From: Terriglobia bacterium
GTDB lineage: Bacteria > Acidobacteriota > Terriglobia > Versatilivoradales > Versatilivoraceae
Direction: 5' to 3'
NCBI GenBank assembly: GCA_951813285.1
Contig: OX638355.1
Coordinates: 837,136-901,135 of the forward strand
DNA: 64,000 nt
Positions 19,201 through 28,053 of the stretch are shown one piece after another. Made by a program: the position numbers and the translations under genes. The notes under the pieces were generated by a model. That model was not told the origin of the DNA. It made no database searches and saw only the letters and a program-made list of their open reading frames with translations. Every line of letters starts with the position of its first letter. Positions within the stretch are counted from its first letter, which is position 1.

Positions 19201-19878
19201 GAGCCCCCCCACCGACCGTTGCGAACTGACGGAAAACTCGCGGAGCGATTCGATCTCATCTCCGAAGAACTCGATACGGGCGGGGTTGGGGCTGCCCGGG
19301 GGATAGACATCCAGAATCCCTCCCCGGCGGGAGAAGGTCCCCACACCGGTCACCGGCTCTTCCTTGACGTACCCCGCCCGTTTCAGGTAGGCGATCAGCC
19401 CCTCCAGGGAGATCTCTCTGCCCAGAGCCAGTTCGGGAACCTGCCGGAAGTCGGGGAGAAACTCCGGCAATCGAGCCAACAGGGCCGTAGGGCCGCAGAG
19501 CAGAATATCCAGGTCTTGCCGGTGGATCTTCCAGAGGGCCAGGGTGCGCTGCTCCACCGCCTCGGCATGGGGAGACAGACCGCTATAGGGCCCCGGCTCC
19601 AGTGCGGGAAAGGTGGATACCCGCTCCCCCGGGTTCCCGGAGAGGCTGCGATGATAGAAGGCCGTGGTGGCGGCCATGGCTTCCAGGTCAGGCACGCCGG
19701 CGCTGAGGAACAGAATGGGGCGCTTCAGGATTCGATGCAGCAGAGCCAGGTAGGCGGGTTTTGCGGACGGGGTGATGCCGGACAGGGTGATCCGGCAGGG
19801 CGTGGAATCGACCTGACGGGGAATCGACTGGAGGAGCGGGTCCTGCGCCAGTTGGGTAAGCAGATGTTGGGTAGCCAC
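16300..19878 (-). CDS. mfd: transcription-repair coupling factor
   Basis: RGGILDVYP, VHVDHGIGRY, LLCGDVGFGKTEVAMRA, DEEQRFGV, QLRGRVGRS, TRCF C-domain. GTG 19878 preferred to TTG 19971. Confidence 0.97.
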   Translation of the reverse strand: MATQHLLTQLAQDPLLQSIPRQVDSTPCRITLSGITPSAKPAYLALLHRILKRPILFLSAGVPDLEAMAATTAFYHRSLSGNPGERVSTFPALEPGPYSGLSPHAEAVEQRTLALWKIHRQDLDILLCGPTALLARLPEFLPDFRQVPELALGREISLEGLIAYLKRAGYVKEEPVTGVGTFSRRGGILDVYPPGSPNPARIEFFGDEIESLREFSVSSQRSVGGLESVTPVPMREAFVDPGALREWSRAASERWSPGDYPAFFETQLVQASRGEHFQGFEFLHGLTLPLQMPFLDFAGDFVVVRDEPDELEEGLRHWWAEMAGDREALSRRGWPSLNPEDLFLSLAEVGERLEGRPVIDLQQLGTAPGQPPDLSLASSPSAGKTADGAVDSGSPAAADPPPIHIDCHTATLRKYHGDIASLARDLRQWLEAGVRLLFAQSSLGRAERLAEMLREYDLPVVSDFGAKDRPADGTPARITVVVGHVLEGFRHRSSGISVFGDEDVFDEVEYLSHPAPSRSRSGTFVSDFRELSPGDYLVHVDHGIGRYRGLKQIDRDGVNQEFMILEYFDEARLYVPLERMDLVQKHSSGESAHPPLDKLGGVSWKRAKARARKSIRDMAEELLDLYARRRIAPGYRFAANSHWHQEFEDAFEFTETPDQREAIRDLYRDMELSSPMDRLLCGDVGFGKTEVAMRAAFKAAFDGKQSAVLAPTTILVYQHYLRFRQRFTAFPITIEMLSRFRSPREQKAILERVATGKVDILIGTHRMLSKDIRFRDLGLLVVDEEQRFGVAHKERLRQLKKNVDTLTMTATPIPRTLHMSLTGIRDMSVIETPPRDRLAIQTAVLPFSRQVIQNAIRNELERQGQVFFVHNQVETIDSIAAMLGEICPEARLLVAHGQMKEKDLETTLLKFLRHESDVLVSTTIIENGLDIPLVNTMIVNRADRFGLSQLYQLRGRVGRSSRRAYAYLLVPPRQTLSGIARQRLAALKEFSELGSGFKVAALDLELRGAGNLLGGEQHGHVNAIGFDLYCQMLERTIRELQGQEVLPEIQTRIDLKLSVKIPPDYIPEENQRLSVYKRISSLKVDAEMDALREELEDRYGPLPEDVERLLQYMRVRRLAEKTLVQSMERDRQGIAITFHPRTPIPPHKLVETVSSVPGLSVGPGGQLRLRSAGVSQGEVLSSVQGLLGELAS

Positions 19879-19933
19879 ACCGATCGGGAAACAAGTTCGG
19901 AAGGCCCGGGGCTTGGCCACCGGGCCAACCCCG

Positions 19934-20425
19934 CTAAGCCTGCCGGCCGTAGCGGCGAAGAATGCGCTCAATGATTGCCGTGGAGGACTGCCCCTCCAGG
20001 TAGGGCAGGGGAACCACCCTGCCGCCGGCTGCCTCCACTTCCTGCCGTCCCACGATGGTTTCCACCGTCCAGTCGCCTCCCTTGACCAGCACGTCGGGAA
20101 GCAAAGCCGCGATCAGCCGCTGGGGCGTATCCTCGTCGAAGACCGTAACGTAGTCGACGCTGTCAAGCCCCGAGACCAGGCGGGTCCGTTCATCCTGGGT
20201 CAGGATGGGCCGCATGGCGCCCTTCAGCTCTCTGACCGAACGATCGCTGTTGACACCGACAATCAGGACATCTCCCATTTGCCGGGCGTGCCTCAGGGTG
20301 TCGATATGGCCGGGGTGGAGCAGATCGAAGCATCCGTTGGTGAAGACCGTCCGTTTGTTCTGCTGCCGCAAACGATCCCGTTGCGCCAGCAGATCCTCCA
20401 AGGCCAGAATCTTCCGCAGAGACAT
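19934..20425 (-). CDS. rfaE2: D-glycero-beta-D-manno-heptose 1-phosphate adenylyltransferase
   Basis: [38 protein letters not shown]. Confidence 0.93.
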   Translation of the reverse strand: MSLRKILALEDLLAQRDRLRQQNKRTVFTNGCFDLLHPGHIDTLRHARQMGDVLIVGVNSDRSVRELKGAMRPILTQDERTRLVSGLDSVDYVTVFDEDTPQRLIAALLPDVLVKGGDWTVETIVGRQEVEAAGGRVVPLPYLEGQSSTAIIERILRRYGRQA

Positions 20426-20477
20426 GTTGGAAACCGACGGGGAGATCGGAGGTAGGGAGCAGGGATAGCAGGCCGGG

Positions 20478-20486
20478 ATTATAGCA
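20478..20486 (-). promoter_or_regulatory. extended -10 element upstream of rfaE2-mfd
   Basis: TGcTATAAT on the minus strand about 50 nt before the rfaE2 start. Confidence 0.5.
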
Positions 20487-20593
20487 CAGCCCCGGTGCAG
20501 GCCAGGGGAATCCTGCGGGACTTGCAGGGCGGGGTCGAAGTGCTGCTATTCGACTATCGGACCCTTTGCAGGAGGCTGCTTCGGAAGGCGCCC

Positions 20594-21604
20594 TCAGTTC
20601 TCTGGCAGGTCCTGGCGACCGGCCCCCACTGGGATCTCGGCCGCCCGAAGCCGCATCCCCATGCGTTCCAGCAGATCGCGGTCCAGGTCGGCCTGGGGGT
20701 TGGGAGTGGTCAGCAAGCGTTCCCCCATGAAGACGGAATTGGCGCCGGCAAGCAGGCAAAGCGCCTGGGCTTCATCCGAAAGCGACAGGCGGCCGGCGCT
20801 CAAGCGCACCATGGCCTCCGGCATCAGGATCCGGGCGGTTGCGATCATGCGGACCATTTCGAAAGGATCCACGGCTTCCCGATCCGCCAGCGGGGTCCCT
20901 TCCACCCGAACCAGCAGATTGATGGGCACGCTCTCCGGGTGGGGATCCTGGGTGGCCAACTCTTCCAGCAGACGCCAGCGGTCCCGGGGGCTTTCCCCCA
21001 TCCCGATAATCCCGCCGCAGCAGACACTGATGCCGGCGTCTCGCACCCGCTCCAGGGTTTCCAGACGATCCCGGTAGGTTCGGGTGGTGATGATTCGACC
21101 GTAGAATTCGGGCGAGGTGTCCAGGTTGTGGTTATAGGCCGTCAGGCCCGCCGCAGCCAGCGCCTCGGCCTGGGGCTGCGACAACATCCCCAGGGTGCAG
21201 CAGGCCTCCATGCTCAACTCCCTGACGCCGCGCACCATGGCCAACACGTTGTCGAACTCCTCACCTTCAGGAGCCTGGCGCCAGGCCGCCCCCATGCAAA
21301 AACGGGTTGCGCCCTGCCGGCGCGCCTCCCGTGCAGACTCCAGCACCTGCTCCGGGTTCAACAGCTTCTGGCCGGCAACCTCCGTATCGTAACGGGCCGA
21401 TTGCGGGCAGTAGCCGCAGTCTTCCGGGCACCCCCCGGTCTTGATGCTGAGAAGCGAACACCCCTGCACCTCCTCGGCGCAGTGGTGCCGGCGGTGCAGG
21501 CTCTGGGCGCGAAAGATCAACTCGGGAAAGGGCAAGGTGTAGATACCCTCGATTTCTTCCAGGCTCCAGTCATGACGGATGGGGCTCGAATCGGGCTGCT
21601 TCAT
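20594..21604 (-). CDS. bioB: biotin synthase
   Basis: [17 protein letters not shown] radical-SAM motif, [22 protein letters not shown]. Confidence 0.97.
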   Translation of the reverse strand: MKQPDSSPIRHDWSLEEIEGIYTLPFPELIFRAQSLHRRHHCAEEVQGCSLLSIKTGGCPEDCGYCPQSARYDTEVAGQKLLNPEQVLESAREARRQGATRFCMGAAWRQAPEGEEFDNVLAMVRGVRELSMEACCTLGMLSQPQAEALAAAGLTAYNHNLDTSPEFYGRIITTRTYRDRLETLERVRDAGISVCCGGIIGMGESPRDRWRLLEELATQDPHPESVPINLLVRVEGTPLADREAVDPFEMVRMIATARILMPEAMVRLSAGRLSLSDEAQALCLLAGANSVFMGERLLTTPNPQADLDRDLLERMGMRLRAAEIPVGAGRQDLPEN

Positions 21605-21679
21605 CTTGGCGCTCTTCCTCGACTCCGGTTGGGGTCCCGGCCCGGCCGCGTCGGGCGTTCCTCCGGCCCGGGTGGCGGC

Positions 21680-23179
21680 TCAGGAGTAGATCTCTCCGTA
21701 CTTGGCCTTCAGGTAGCTCACGAAGGGCTCGGCCCTCAGTTCCTCGCCCGTAACCCGATGGACCAGCTCGGCGGGCATGAATTTGCGGCCATGGCGATGG
21801 ACGCTCTCTCTCAACCAGCTTAGCAGCGGCGAAAACTCTCCGCGTTCGATGTCCTCCGGGATGCTGGGTACCTCCCGCCTGGCGCGATCGTACAACTGCA
21901 CCGATATCAGATTCCCCAGGGAATAGGTGGGGAAATAACCGAAAAGGCCGTGGGACCAATGCACATCCTGGAGCACCCCCAGAGCATCGTTGGGCGGAGT
22001 GATCCCCAGATAGTCTCGCATCTTGCCGTTCCAGGCCTCCGGCAGGTCCGCCACCGGCAGGCTGTCCTCGACCAGTTGGGCTTCCAGCTCGTACCGCAGC
22101 ATGATGTGCAGATTGTAGGTCACTTCGTCGGCCTCCACCCGAATGAGCGAAGGCTCGACACGATTGATGGCCCGATAGAAGGCTTCCGGCGAGCAGCCGG
22201 CCAGCTGCCGAGGAAAGGTGCGCTGAAGCCGCGGGTAGGCGAATTTCCAGAACCCTCGGCTCCGGCCCACCAGATTTTCCCACAACCGGGACTGGGACTC
22301 ATGAATGCCCAGGGAGGTGCCGCTGCTCAGGGGGGTGCGCTCCAGGGCGGGGCTCACGCCCTGTTCGTAGAGGGCGTGGCCCGTTTCGTGGAGCGTGCCG
22401 AACAGGGCCGAAGGGAGGAACCTCTCGTCAAATCGGGTGGTGATGCGAACGTCCCGGTTGGAAAAAGAGGTGCAGAAGGGATGGACCGACTGGTCCTGGC
22501 GTCCGCCAGTGAAATCGAAGCCCATCTCCTGCGCCATCTCCAGGCCAAAGGTCGTCTGCTTTTCAATAGGGAAGCTCTGGCGCAAGACTTCATCCTGGAC
22601 GCTCTCCAGCTTTTGGGAGATGTCCTGCACCAGCGGAACCAACCCGCCCTTCAAGTCGGCAAAGAGCCGGTCCAGTTCCGCCGATCGCATGCCCGGCTCG
22701 TACTGGTCGAGAAGCGCGTCGTATCGTCTCTCCCGATATCCCAGGCAGTCGGCCAGCTCTCGCTGGAGATCCACCAGGGTCTGCAGCGTGCTTCGAAACA
22801 GGCCGAAGTCGGACCGGCCTCGGGCCTTCACCCAGACTTCCATCCCCAACGAGGTCCGCCGCGCCAACTCCTCCACCAGCGATGGCGGAATGCTGCGAGC
22901 CTTGTCGTAGTCCCGCCGGGTCAGTCGAACCAGGCTGGCGTCGTCCGAATCGTAGCTCAGGGCCCGGGTCTCGGAAGCCGCGTCTTCCAGCCAGGAATCC
23001 ACCTCCTCGGAGACGAAGCGTCCATGGGCGAGCTTCTCCAGGGTAGCGATCTGTTCGGCTCGCGCCGCTGCCCCGCCGCTCGGCATGTAGGTCTGCTGGT
23101 CCCAACTCAGCAGCGCGGCAGCCGCCTTGAGATCGGAAACCTCCGCCATCCTGGTTTTCAGTCGACTAAGCTGACTCAT
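21680..23179 (-). CDS. M32 carboxypeptidase (Taq-like)
   Basis: HPF, DVRITTR, HETGH (HExxH), HESQ, IRVEADE, QDVHW, GYFPTY. Confidence 0.95.
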   Translation of the reverse strand: MSQLSRLKTRMAEVSDLKAAAALLSWDQQTYMPSGGAAARAEQIATLEKLAHGRFVSEEVDSWLEDAASETRALSYDSDDASLVRLTRRDYDKARSIPPSLVEELARRTSLGMEVWVKARGRSDFGLFRSTLQTLVDLQRELADCLGYRERRYDALLDQYEPGMRSAELDRLFADLKGGLVPLVQDISQKLESVQDEVLRQSFPIEKQTTFGLEMAQEMGFDFTGGRQDQSVHPFCTSFSNRDVRITTRFDERFLPSALFGTLHETGHALYEQGVSPALERTPLSSGTSLGIHESQSRLWENLVGRSRGFWKFAYPRLQRTFPRQLAGCSPEAFYRAINRVEPSLIRVEADEVTYNLHIMLRYELEAQLVEDSLPVADLPEAWNGKMRDYLGITPPNDALGVLQDVHWSHGLFGYFPTYSLGNLISVQLYDRARREVPSIPEDIERGEFSPLLSWLRESVHRHGRKFMPAELVHRVTGEELRAEPFVSYLKAKYGEIYS

Positions 23180-23461
23180 TTCCCCCCGGCAGCCTGCCCG
23201 CCCGGACCAGGATTCCGGGCCCGGCGAGACTTGCGGGCCCGGAATTCACTGCTTTCCCCTCCTCGGTCGGAGCGCGAGTATACCACAGGGAATCGTGCGG
23301 ATTTTCCTCGGCTTGTGATGTCCTCCCGGGCGTGGTAGGGTTGCTGCGCCGCGGTGCCTCACCCCCGCCGGCACGGCGACACCCGTCCCCAAAGCGGCCT
23401 CCTGCAGCGGCAATCTCAGGGCCCACTACTCCGGATGCTTCCGGACCCGGAATCGACCTCG

Positions 23462-24484
23462 ATGAAAGCCCTGCTCCCCTGGGCCGTCAGCCTGAGCCTG
23501 ACGCTTCTGGTTGGCTCGCTGATCTATTTCAGCGTTCCCGACTGGGCGCAGTCCTGGAGAGTGATGTTGCAGGGACGGCCGGCCTTTCTGCTGGCCGGCC
23601 TGGGGATGACCCTGCTGCACATGGGACTGCGTGCCTGGAGGTGGGGAGTGCTGCTGTCCCCCGTCAAGCATCCCCTGGCCTACCAGGGCCTCTTTTCCCT
23701 GACGGTTGCCAAGTACGTCATCAATCTGATCCCCCCGCGCGCCGGCGAGGTGGTGGCCTCGGTGGTGCTGGCCAGAAAGGAAAAAATACCGGCCGCCTCG
23801 GTCATCGCCACCTCTCTGCTGGAGCGGATTCTGGACCTCATCACCGTGATCGGGATCTTTGCGGTCTACCTGGCTCTTTTCTCCGGTCAGCACCCGCCCA
23901 ATTCCGAGCGGGGCCACGAAATCATGCTGGCCATCCAGAGATTTTCGTTGATCGGGGGCCCCATCCTGGCCCTGGCATTGCTGGCCCTAGTCTACCTTGC
24001 CGGGCGTCGGGACTGGACCGGAAGGATTCCGGGGCGGCTTTCCCGCATCATCGTTTCCATTGGGGATGGCTTCCGGGCGCTGCGAAAGGACGGGGAACGG
24101 GTTGAAGTTGCGGTGCTCTCCCTGGCTATCTGGATCACCATTACCTTGCAGCTCTGGTTTCTGGCCAGGGCCTACCTGCCCGACTTCCCTCTGGCGGGCG
24201 CGCTTCTGCTAACGGTGATTACGGTTGCGGGGGTCGCCATTCCCACGCCGGGAGGGGTGGGCGGGTTCCAGTTTTTCATGCAACTGGCCCTGACCCACTT
24301 CTTTGCGCCTTTCCTCTCAACCCAGGATCCGACCTCACAGGCCGCCGGCATCAGCAACGGCTGTTACCTGGTCTCAATGGTTCCGATCCTGCTGCTCGGA
24401 TTCGTTCTGCTCCATCGAGAAGGACTCTCCTGGAGCAGAATCTCCAGAATTGCAAACCAGAAACCGGTCCCTTCCGTGACCTGA
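23462..24484 (+). CDS. lysylphosphatidylglycerol-synthase TM / UPF0104 flippase-like membrane protein
   Basis: LRAWRW, NLIPPRAGE, ERILDL, PTPGGVG; multi-pass hydrophobic. Confidence 0.85.
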   Translation: MKALLPWAVSLSLTLLVGSLIYFSVPDWAQSWRVMLQGRPAFLLAGLGMTLLHMGLRAWRWGVLLSPVKHPLAYQGLFSLTVAKYVINLIPPRAGEVVASVVLARKEKIPAASVIATSLLERILDLITVIGIFAVYLALFSGQHPPNSERGHEIMLAIQRFSLIGGPILALALLALVYLAGRRDWTGRIPGRLSRIIVSIGDGFRALRKDGERVEVAVLSLAIWITITLQLWFLARAYLPDFPLAGALLLTVITVAGVAIPTPGGVGGFQFFMQLALTHFFAPFLSTQDPTSQAAGISNGCYLVSMVPILLLGFVLLHREGLSWSRISRIANQKPVPSVT

Positions 24485-24501
24485 CGCGAACCGCTGAAAC
24501 C

Positions 24502-25659
24502 TCAGGCGCTGAGGACCGCTTGCTGTTTGCTCCGGATGGAGGCCAGCAGCCGGTCAAAGGCGTCGGCGAACAGCTTGACGCCCGCTTCCTGCAACTTGAG
24601 GGTCACCGCGTCCATGTCGATTCCCAACTCCCGCAGCTGGACAAAAGTCCGGCGGGCAGCCTCAAGGTCCTCTTCCAGGGTGGCTCTCACCACCCCGTGA
24701 TCCCGGAAGGCCGCAAGGGTGGACAAGGGCATGGTGTTCACCGTGTCGGAGCCGATCAGCGTTTCCACGTAGAGCACGTCCCGGTAGCGGGGATTCTTGG
24801 TGCTGGTGCTGGCCCACAGCGGGCGCTGCACCCGGAACCCTTGTCGCTCGAGACCGAGGAAGCGGCTTCCGCCGAAGATCTCCCTGAATTTCTGATAAAC
24901 CAGGCGCGCATTGGCAACAGCGGCGCGACCCTGCAGCGTTCGGCAGCGTTCTCTCTCCGCGGCGCCGCCGGCTGCCGACTCCATTTCCTGCAGCAGCTTG
25001 TCGACCACGGAGTCAACCCGGCTGACAAAGAAGCTGGCCACCGAGGCTGCCGGGGCGGTTCGGCCGGAGGCCACCAGGGTCTCGATCCCCTGCAGGTAGG
25101 CCTCGGCCACCTGCAGGTAGTGTTCCATGGAAAACATCAGGGTGACGTTGACGTTGATTCCCTCTCCCAGCAGCTGACGGATGGCGGGCATTCCGGCCGG
25201 GGTCGCGGGAACCTTGATCATCACGTTGGGCCTGGCCACGGCTTTCCACAGGCGACGGGCTTCCTCCACGGTTTCCCGGGTCCGGTAGGCCAGGTGGGGC
25301 GAGACCTCCAGGCTGACGTAGCCGTCCCCGCCCCCGGTCGTTTCGAAAAGAGCCCTGAACTGATCGGCCGCGCCCTGAATATCCTGGATGGCCAGCACTT
25401 CGTAGATCCGGGCGGCGGAGAAGCCGGCCCGGGCCATGGTGCGGATCTCCCGGTCGTACTCGGTGCCGCCGTCGATGGCCTTCTCGAAGATGGAAGGGTT
25501 GGACGTCACTCCGCGCAGGCCATCCTCGGCAATCAGCCGCCGCAACTCGCCCGAATCCAGCAGGGATCGGCTAATCGTGTCGCACCAGACACTCTGACCC
25601 AGTTGCTGCAAGTCCAGGAGCGGACTCGTGCCCTTCCCGCCCAGTTTCCGGTTGCCCAT
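24502..25659 (-). CDS. tal: transaldolase
   Basis: GQSVWCD, GVTSNPSIF, VSLEVSP, NVMIKVPAT, ASFFVSRVD, RPLWAST; AGGAGG before ATG 25659. Confidence 0.96.
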   Translation of the reverse strand: MGNRKLGGKGTSPLLDLQQLGQSVWCDTISRSLLDSGELRRLIAEDGLRGVTSNPSIFEKAIDGGTEYDREIRTMARAGFSAARIYEVLAIQDIQGAADQFRALFETTGGGDGYVSLEVSPHLAYRTRETVEEARRLWKAVARPNVMIKVPATPAGMPAIRQLLGEGINVNVTLMFSMEHYLQVAEAYLQGIETLVASGRTAPAASVASFFVSRVDSVVDKLLQEMESAAGGAAERERCRTLQGRAAVANARLVYQKFREIFGGSRFLGLERQGFRVQRPLWASTSTKNPRYRDVLYVETLIGSDTVNTMPLSTLAAFRDHGVVRATLEEDLEAARRTFVQLRELGIDMDAVTLKLQEAGVKLFADAFDRLLASIRSKQQAVLSA

Positions 25660-25755
25660 TGAAACCTCCTGCAGTGAGTTTCGGGGACCTCGAGCCCTCA
25701 GTTCCACCGACACCAGACTCTAATCCCCGCGCCCCTCCGACACAATCAAAAACCG

Positions 25756-27270
25756 CTAGCCAGGATCACACCCTCCGGCGAGAAATGCGGGCTCGGGAAT
25801 CAGCACTCCATAGAGCCGATCATGGCGTTCCAGCGCCTTCCGGTATCGTTGATGCCGATCGCTGCAGGGATGGAACCGCGGCCCCAGAGGGGTCTCCGCC
25901 TTCTCAATGCTGCCGAGATAACCCAAGGCTTCCAGGGCCAGCAAGGCGGCGCCCCGGCTCGAGGCCTCCTTCACCGCGGAAGCCACCACCGGCTGGCCCA
26001 ACACGTCCGCCATGATCTGCATCCAGACAGGCGATTGCAGAAGCGCCCCGCCGGAAGCCACGATCTCTCGATCCTGCGGGACCACCGGCTCCAGCAGCCG
26101 AGCGATCTTGGCAAAACGGTAGGCCACCGATTCCAGCGAAGCCCGCAGGATTTCAATGGGACGGGTGTGCAAACTCAGGCCCGTGACGGCTGCCCGGGCT
26201 TTTGACTGCCAACCCGGGCTGCGTTCTCCGGCCAGAAAGGGGAGAAGTGTCAGTCCATGGGAATCCGGCGCCAGGTCCGCCAGTTGGCGCTCGACAGCCT
26301 CCGGGTCCCTGTCCAGCCGCAGCGTCTCGGTCATCCATTCGAAGAGGAGGCCGCCGTTGCTGAGAGATCCTCCCATGACGAAGCGGCTCCGATTGGCCCG
26401 ATAGCACCACAACCCCCGGGGGACCGAAGGCTGTTGGGTCTTCCCCATGACTCTCATGGCGCCCGAAGTGCCTACCATCAGGGCCAGGCGATCGGGGGTG
26501 CAACAGCCGCTGCCCACGTTGCTGCAGGCCCCGTCTCCAACGGCTGCGACCCAGGGAATTCGACTCAAGTCGGGCCAGCGGCCGGCGAACGCTTGTCCCA
26601 GACCCGACAGCGGAGTGTCCAGGTCGATGAGGGGGGAAAGCTGGTTCCGCTCCAGCGGCAGGACCTGCAGTATCCCCTCGTCCCACTCCAGGCGGTCCTG
26701 ATCCAGAAGTCCCGTCCCCGACGCCATGGAAAGGCTGCAGCGGCTGACGCCAAACAGTTTCAAATAGGCATATTCCCCAAACGACATCCAACGGGTGGCC
26801 CCGCCAAACCGCTCCGGATGGGACCGATACAGCCACAGTAGCTTGGCCGGCAGGTAACTGGGATGGAGCGGACAGCCGGTGCGAGCGTGGTACCGGCTTT
26901 CCTCCACGCGGCTGCGAAGCTCCTCCGTGGCAGCCGCGCTGCGGGTATCGGCCCAGGAGTAAACCGGGGTCGATGCCCGACCCTTGGCATCCACCCCCAC
27001 CAGGTTGTGCCAGAAGGTGGACATGGCAACGGCTGCAATCCCCGCACGGCGGCGGCCGCTTCGGGCCAGGATCTGGTCGATCACCTCCACCACCAGCTTG
27101 AACAGGGCATCGGCGCCCACTTCCACGCCGCCATCCGGGGTGGTTGCGAACTGGTAGGGCCTTCGAGCCTCCAGACCGGGCACAGCCCGGCCGCAATGGT
27201 CATGGAGGGTGGCTCGAACCGAGGAACTCCCGGCGTCAATGGTGAGAATCAGAGGATCGTCAGCGCGCAT
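25756..27270 (-). CDS. gntK: FGGY-family carbohydrate kinase, probable gluconokinase
   Basis: IDAGSSSVRA, WADTRS, GDGACSNVGSG, GTSGAMR, PFLAGERSPGW; next to tal. Confidence 0.85.
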   Translation of the reverse strand: MRADDPLILTIDAGSSSVRATLHDHCGRAVPGLEARRPYQFATTPDGGVEVGADALFKLVVEVIDQILARSGRRRAGIAAVAMSTFWHNLVGVDAKGRASTPVYSWADTRSAAATEELRSRVEESRYHARTGCPLHPSYLPAKLLWLYRSHPERFGGATRWMSFGEYAYLKLFGVSRCSLSMASGTGLLDQDRLEWDEGILQVLPLERNQLSPLIDLDTPLSGLGQAFAGRWPDLSRIPWVAAVGDGACSNVGSGCCTPDRLALMVGTSGAMRVMGKTQQPSVPRGLWCYRANRSRFVMGGSLSNGGLLFEWMTETLRLDRDPEAVERQLADLAPDSHGLTLLPFLAGERSPGWQSKARAAVTGLSLHTRPIEILRASLESVAYRFAKIARLLEPVVPQDREIVASGGALLQSPVWMQIMADVLGQPVVASAVKEASSRGAALLALEALGYLGSIEKAETPLGPRFHPCSDRHQRYRKALERHDRLYGVLIPEPAFLAGGCDPG

Positions 27271-27271
27271 T

Positions 27272-27973
27272 TCAGTAATAGACTGCCCGTCGCCGCCGTG
27301 ACTTGCGATGTTTCAGGATCAGGACCAGGCCGGCGACGAATCCGCCGATATGGGCCCACCAGGCCGTGCCTCCCATGGAGAGATCCCCGCTCGCCAGGGA
27401 AAGGGCGCCGTTGAAGAATTGCAGCAGAAACCACAGCCCCAGGAAAATCAGGGCCGGCAGCCGCACCAGGTAAAAGAAGAACAGGATGGGGACGAAGGTG
27501 AGAATCCGGGCTCCGGGGAACAGCACCAGGTAGGCGGCCAGCACCCCGGAGATGGCGCCACTGGCGCCGATCATGGGAATGCGCGAGCCGGGATGCACCG
27601 CAATCTGCAGCAGGGCCGCCAGGAGCCCGCAAACCAGGTAGAAAAGCAGAAAGCGCACCGATCCCAGCCATTCCTCGACGTTGTCTCCGAACACCCACAG
27701 GTAAAGCATGTTGCCCAGAAAATGCATCCAGCCGGCATGCAGGAACATGGAGGTTAAGAGGGGAGCCAGGCCCGGCAGGAGCCCGACTTCCTGCCAGTAG
27801 CCGAAACTGAACATCGCCCCGGGAACCAGTCCGAACCGGTAGAAGAACCCTGTCAGCACCGGCCCGGAGCCCAGGGACAACTGGTAGACGAACATGCCCG
27901 CATTGACGGCAATCAGCAGCAGCGTGACCGCCGGAAAGGTCCGGGTTCGGTTGATGTCTTTCAGGGGAATCAT
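27272..27973 (-). CDS. rhomboid intramembrane serine protease
   Basis: SMFLHAGWMHFLGNM, GASGA (catalytic Ser), AHIGG (His). Confidence 0.95.
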   Translation of the reverse strand: MIPLKDINRTRTFPAVTLLLIAVNAGMFVYQLSLGSGPVLTGFFYRFGLVPGAMFSFGYWQEVGLLPGLAPLLTSMFLHAGWMHFLGNMLYLWVFGDNVEEWLGSVRFLLFYLVCGLLAALLQIAVHPGSRIPMIGASGAISGVLAAYLVLFPGARILTFVPILFFFYLVRLPALIFLGLWFLLQFFNGALSLASGDLSMGGTAWWAHIGGFVAGLVLILKHRKSRRRRAVYY

Positions 27974-28053
27974 GGCGTTTCCTGGGCGAGGCCGCCGAAT
28001 CCCTCCCCGGCGAACGGCCAGGGGCGGGGCGGCCTCCGGGACTCATGCCCGGC

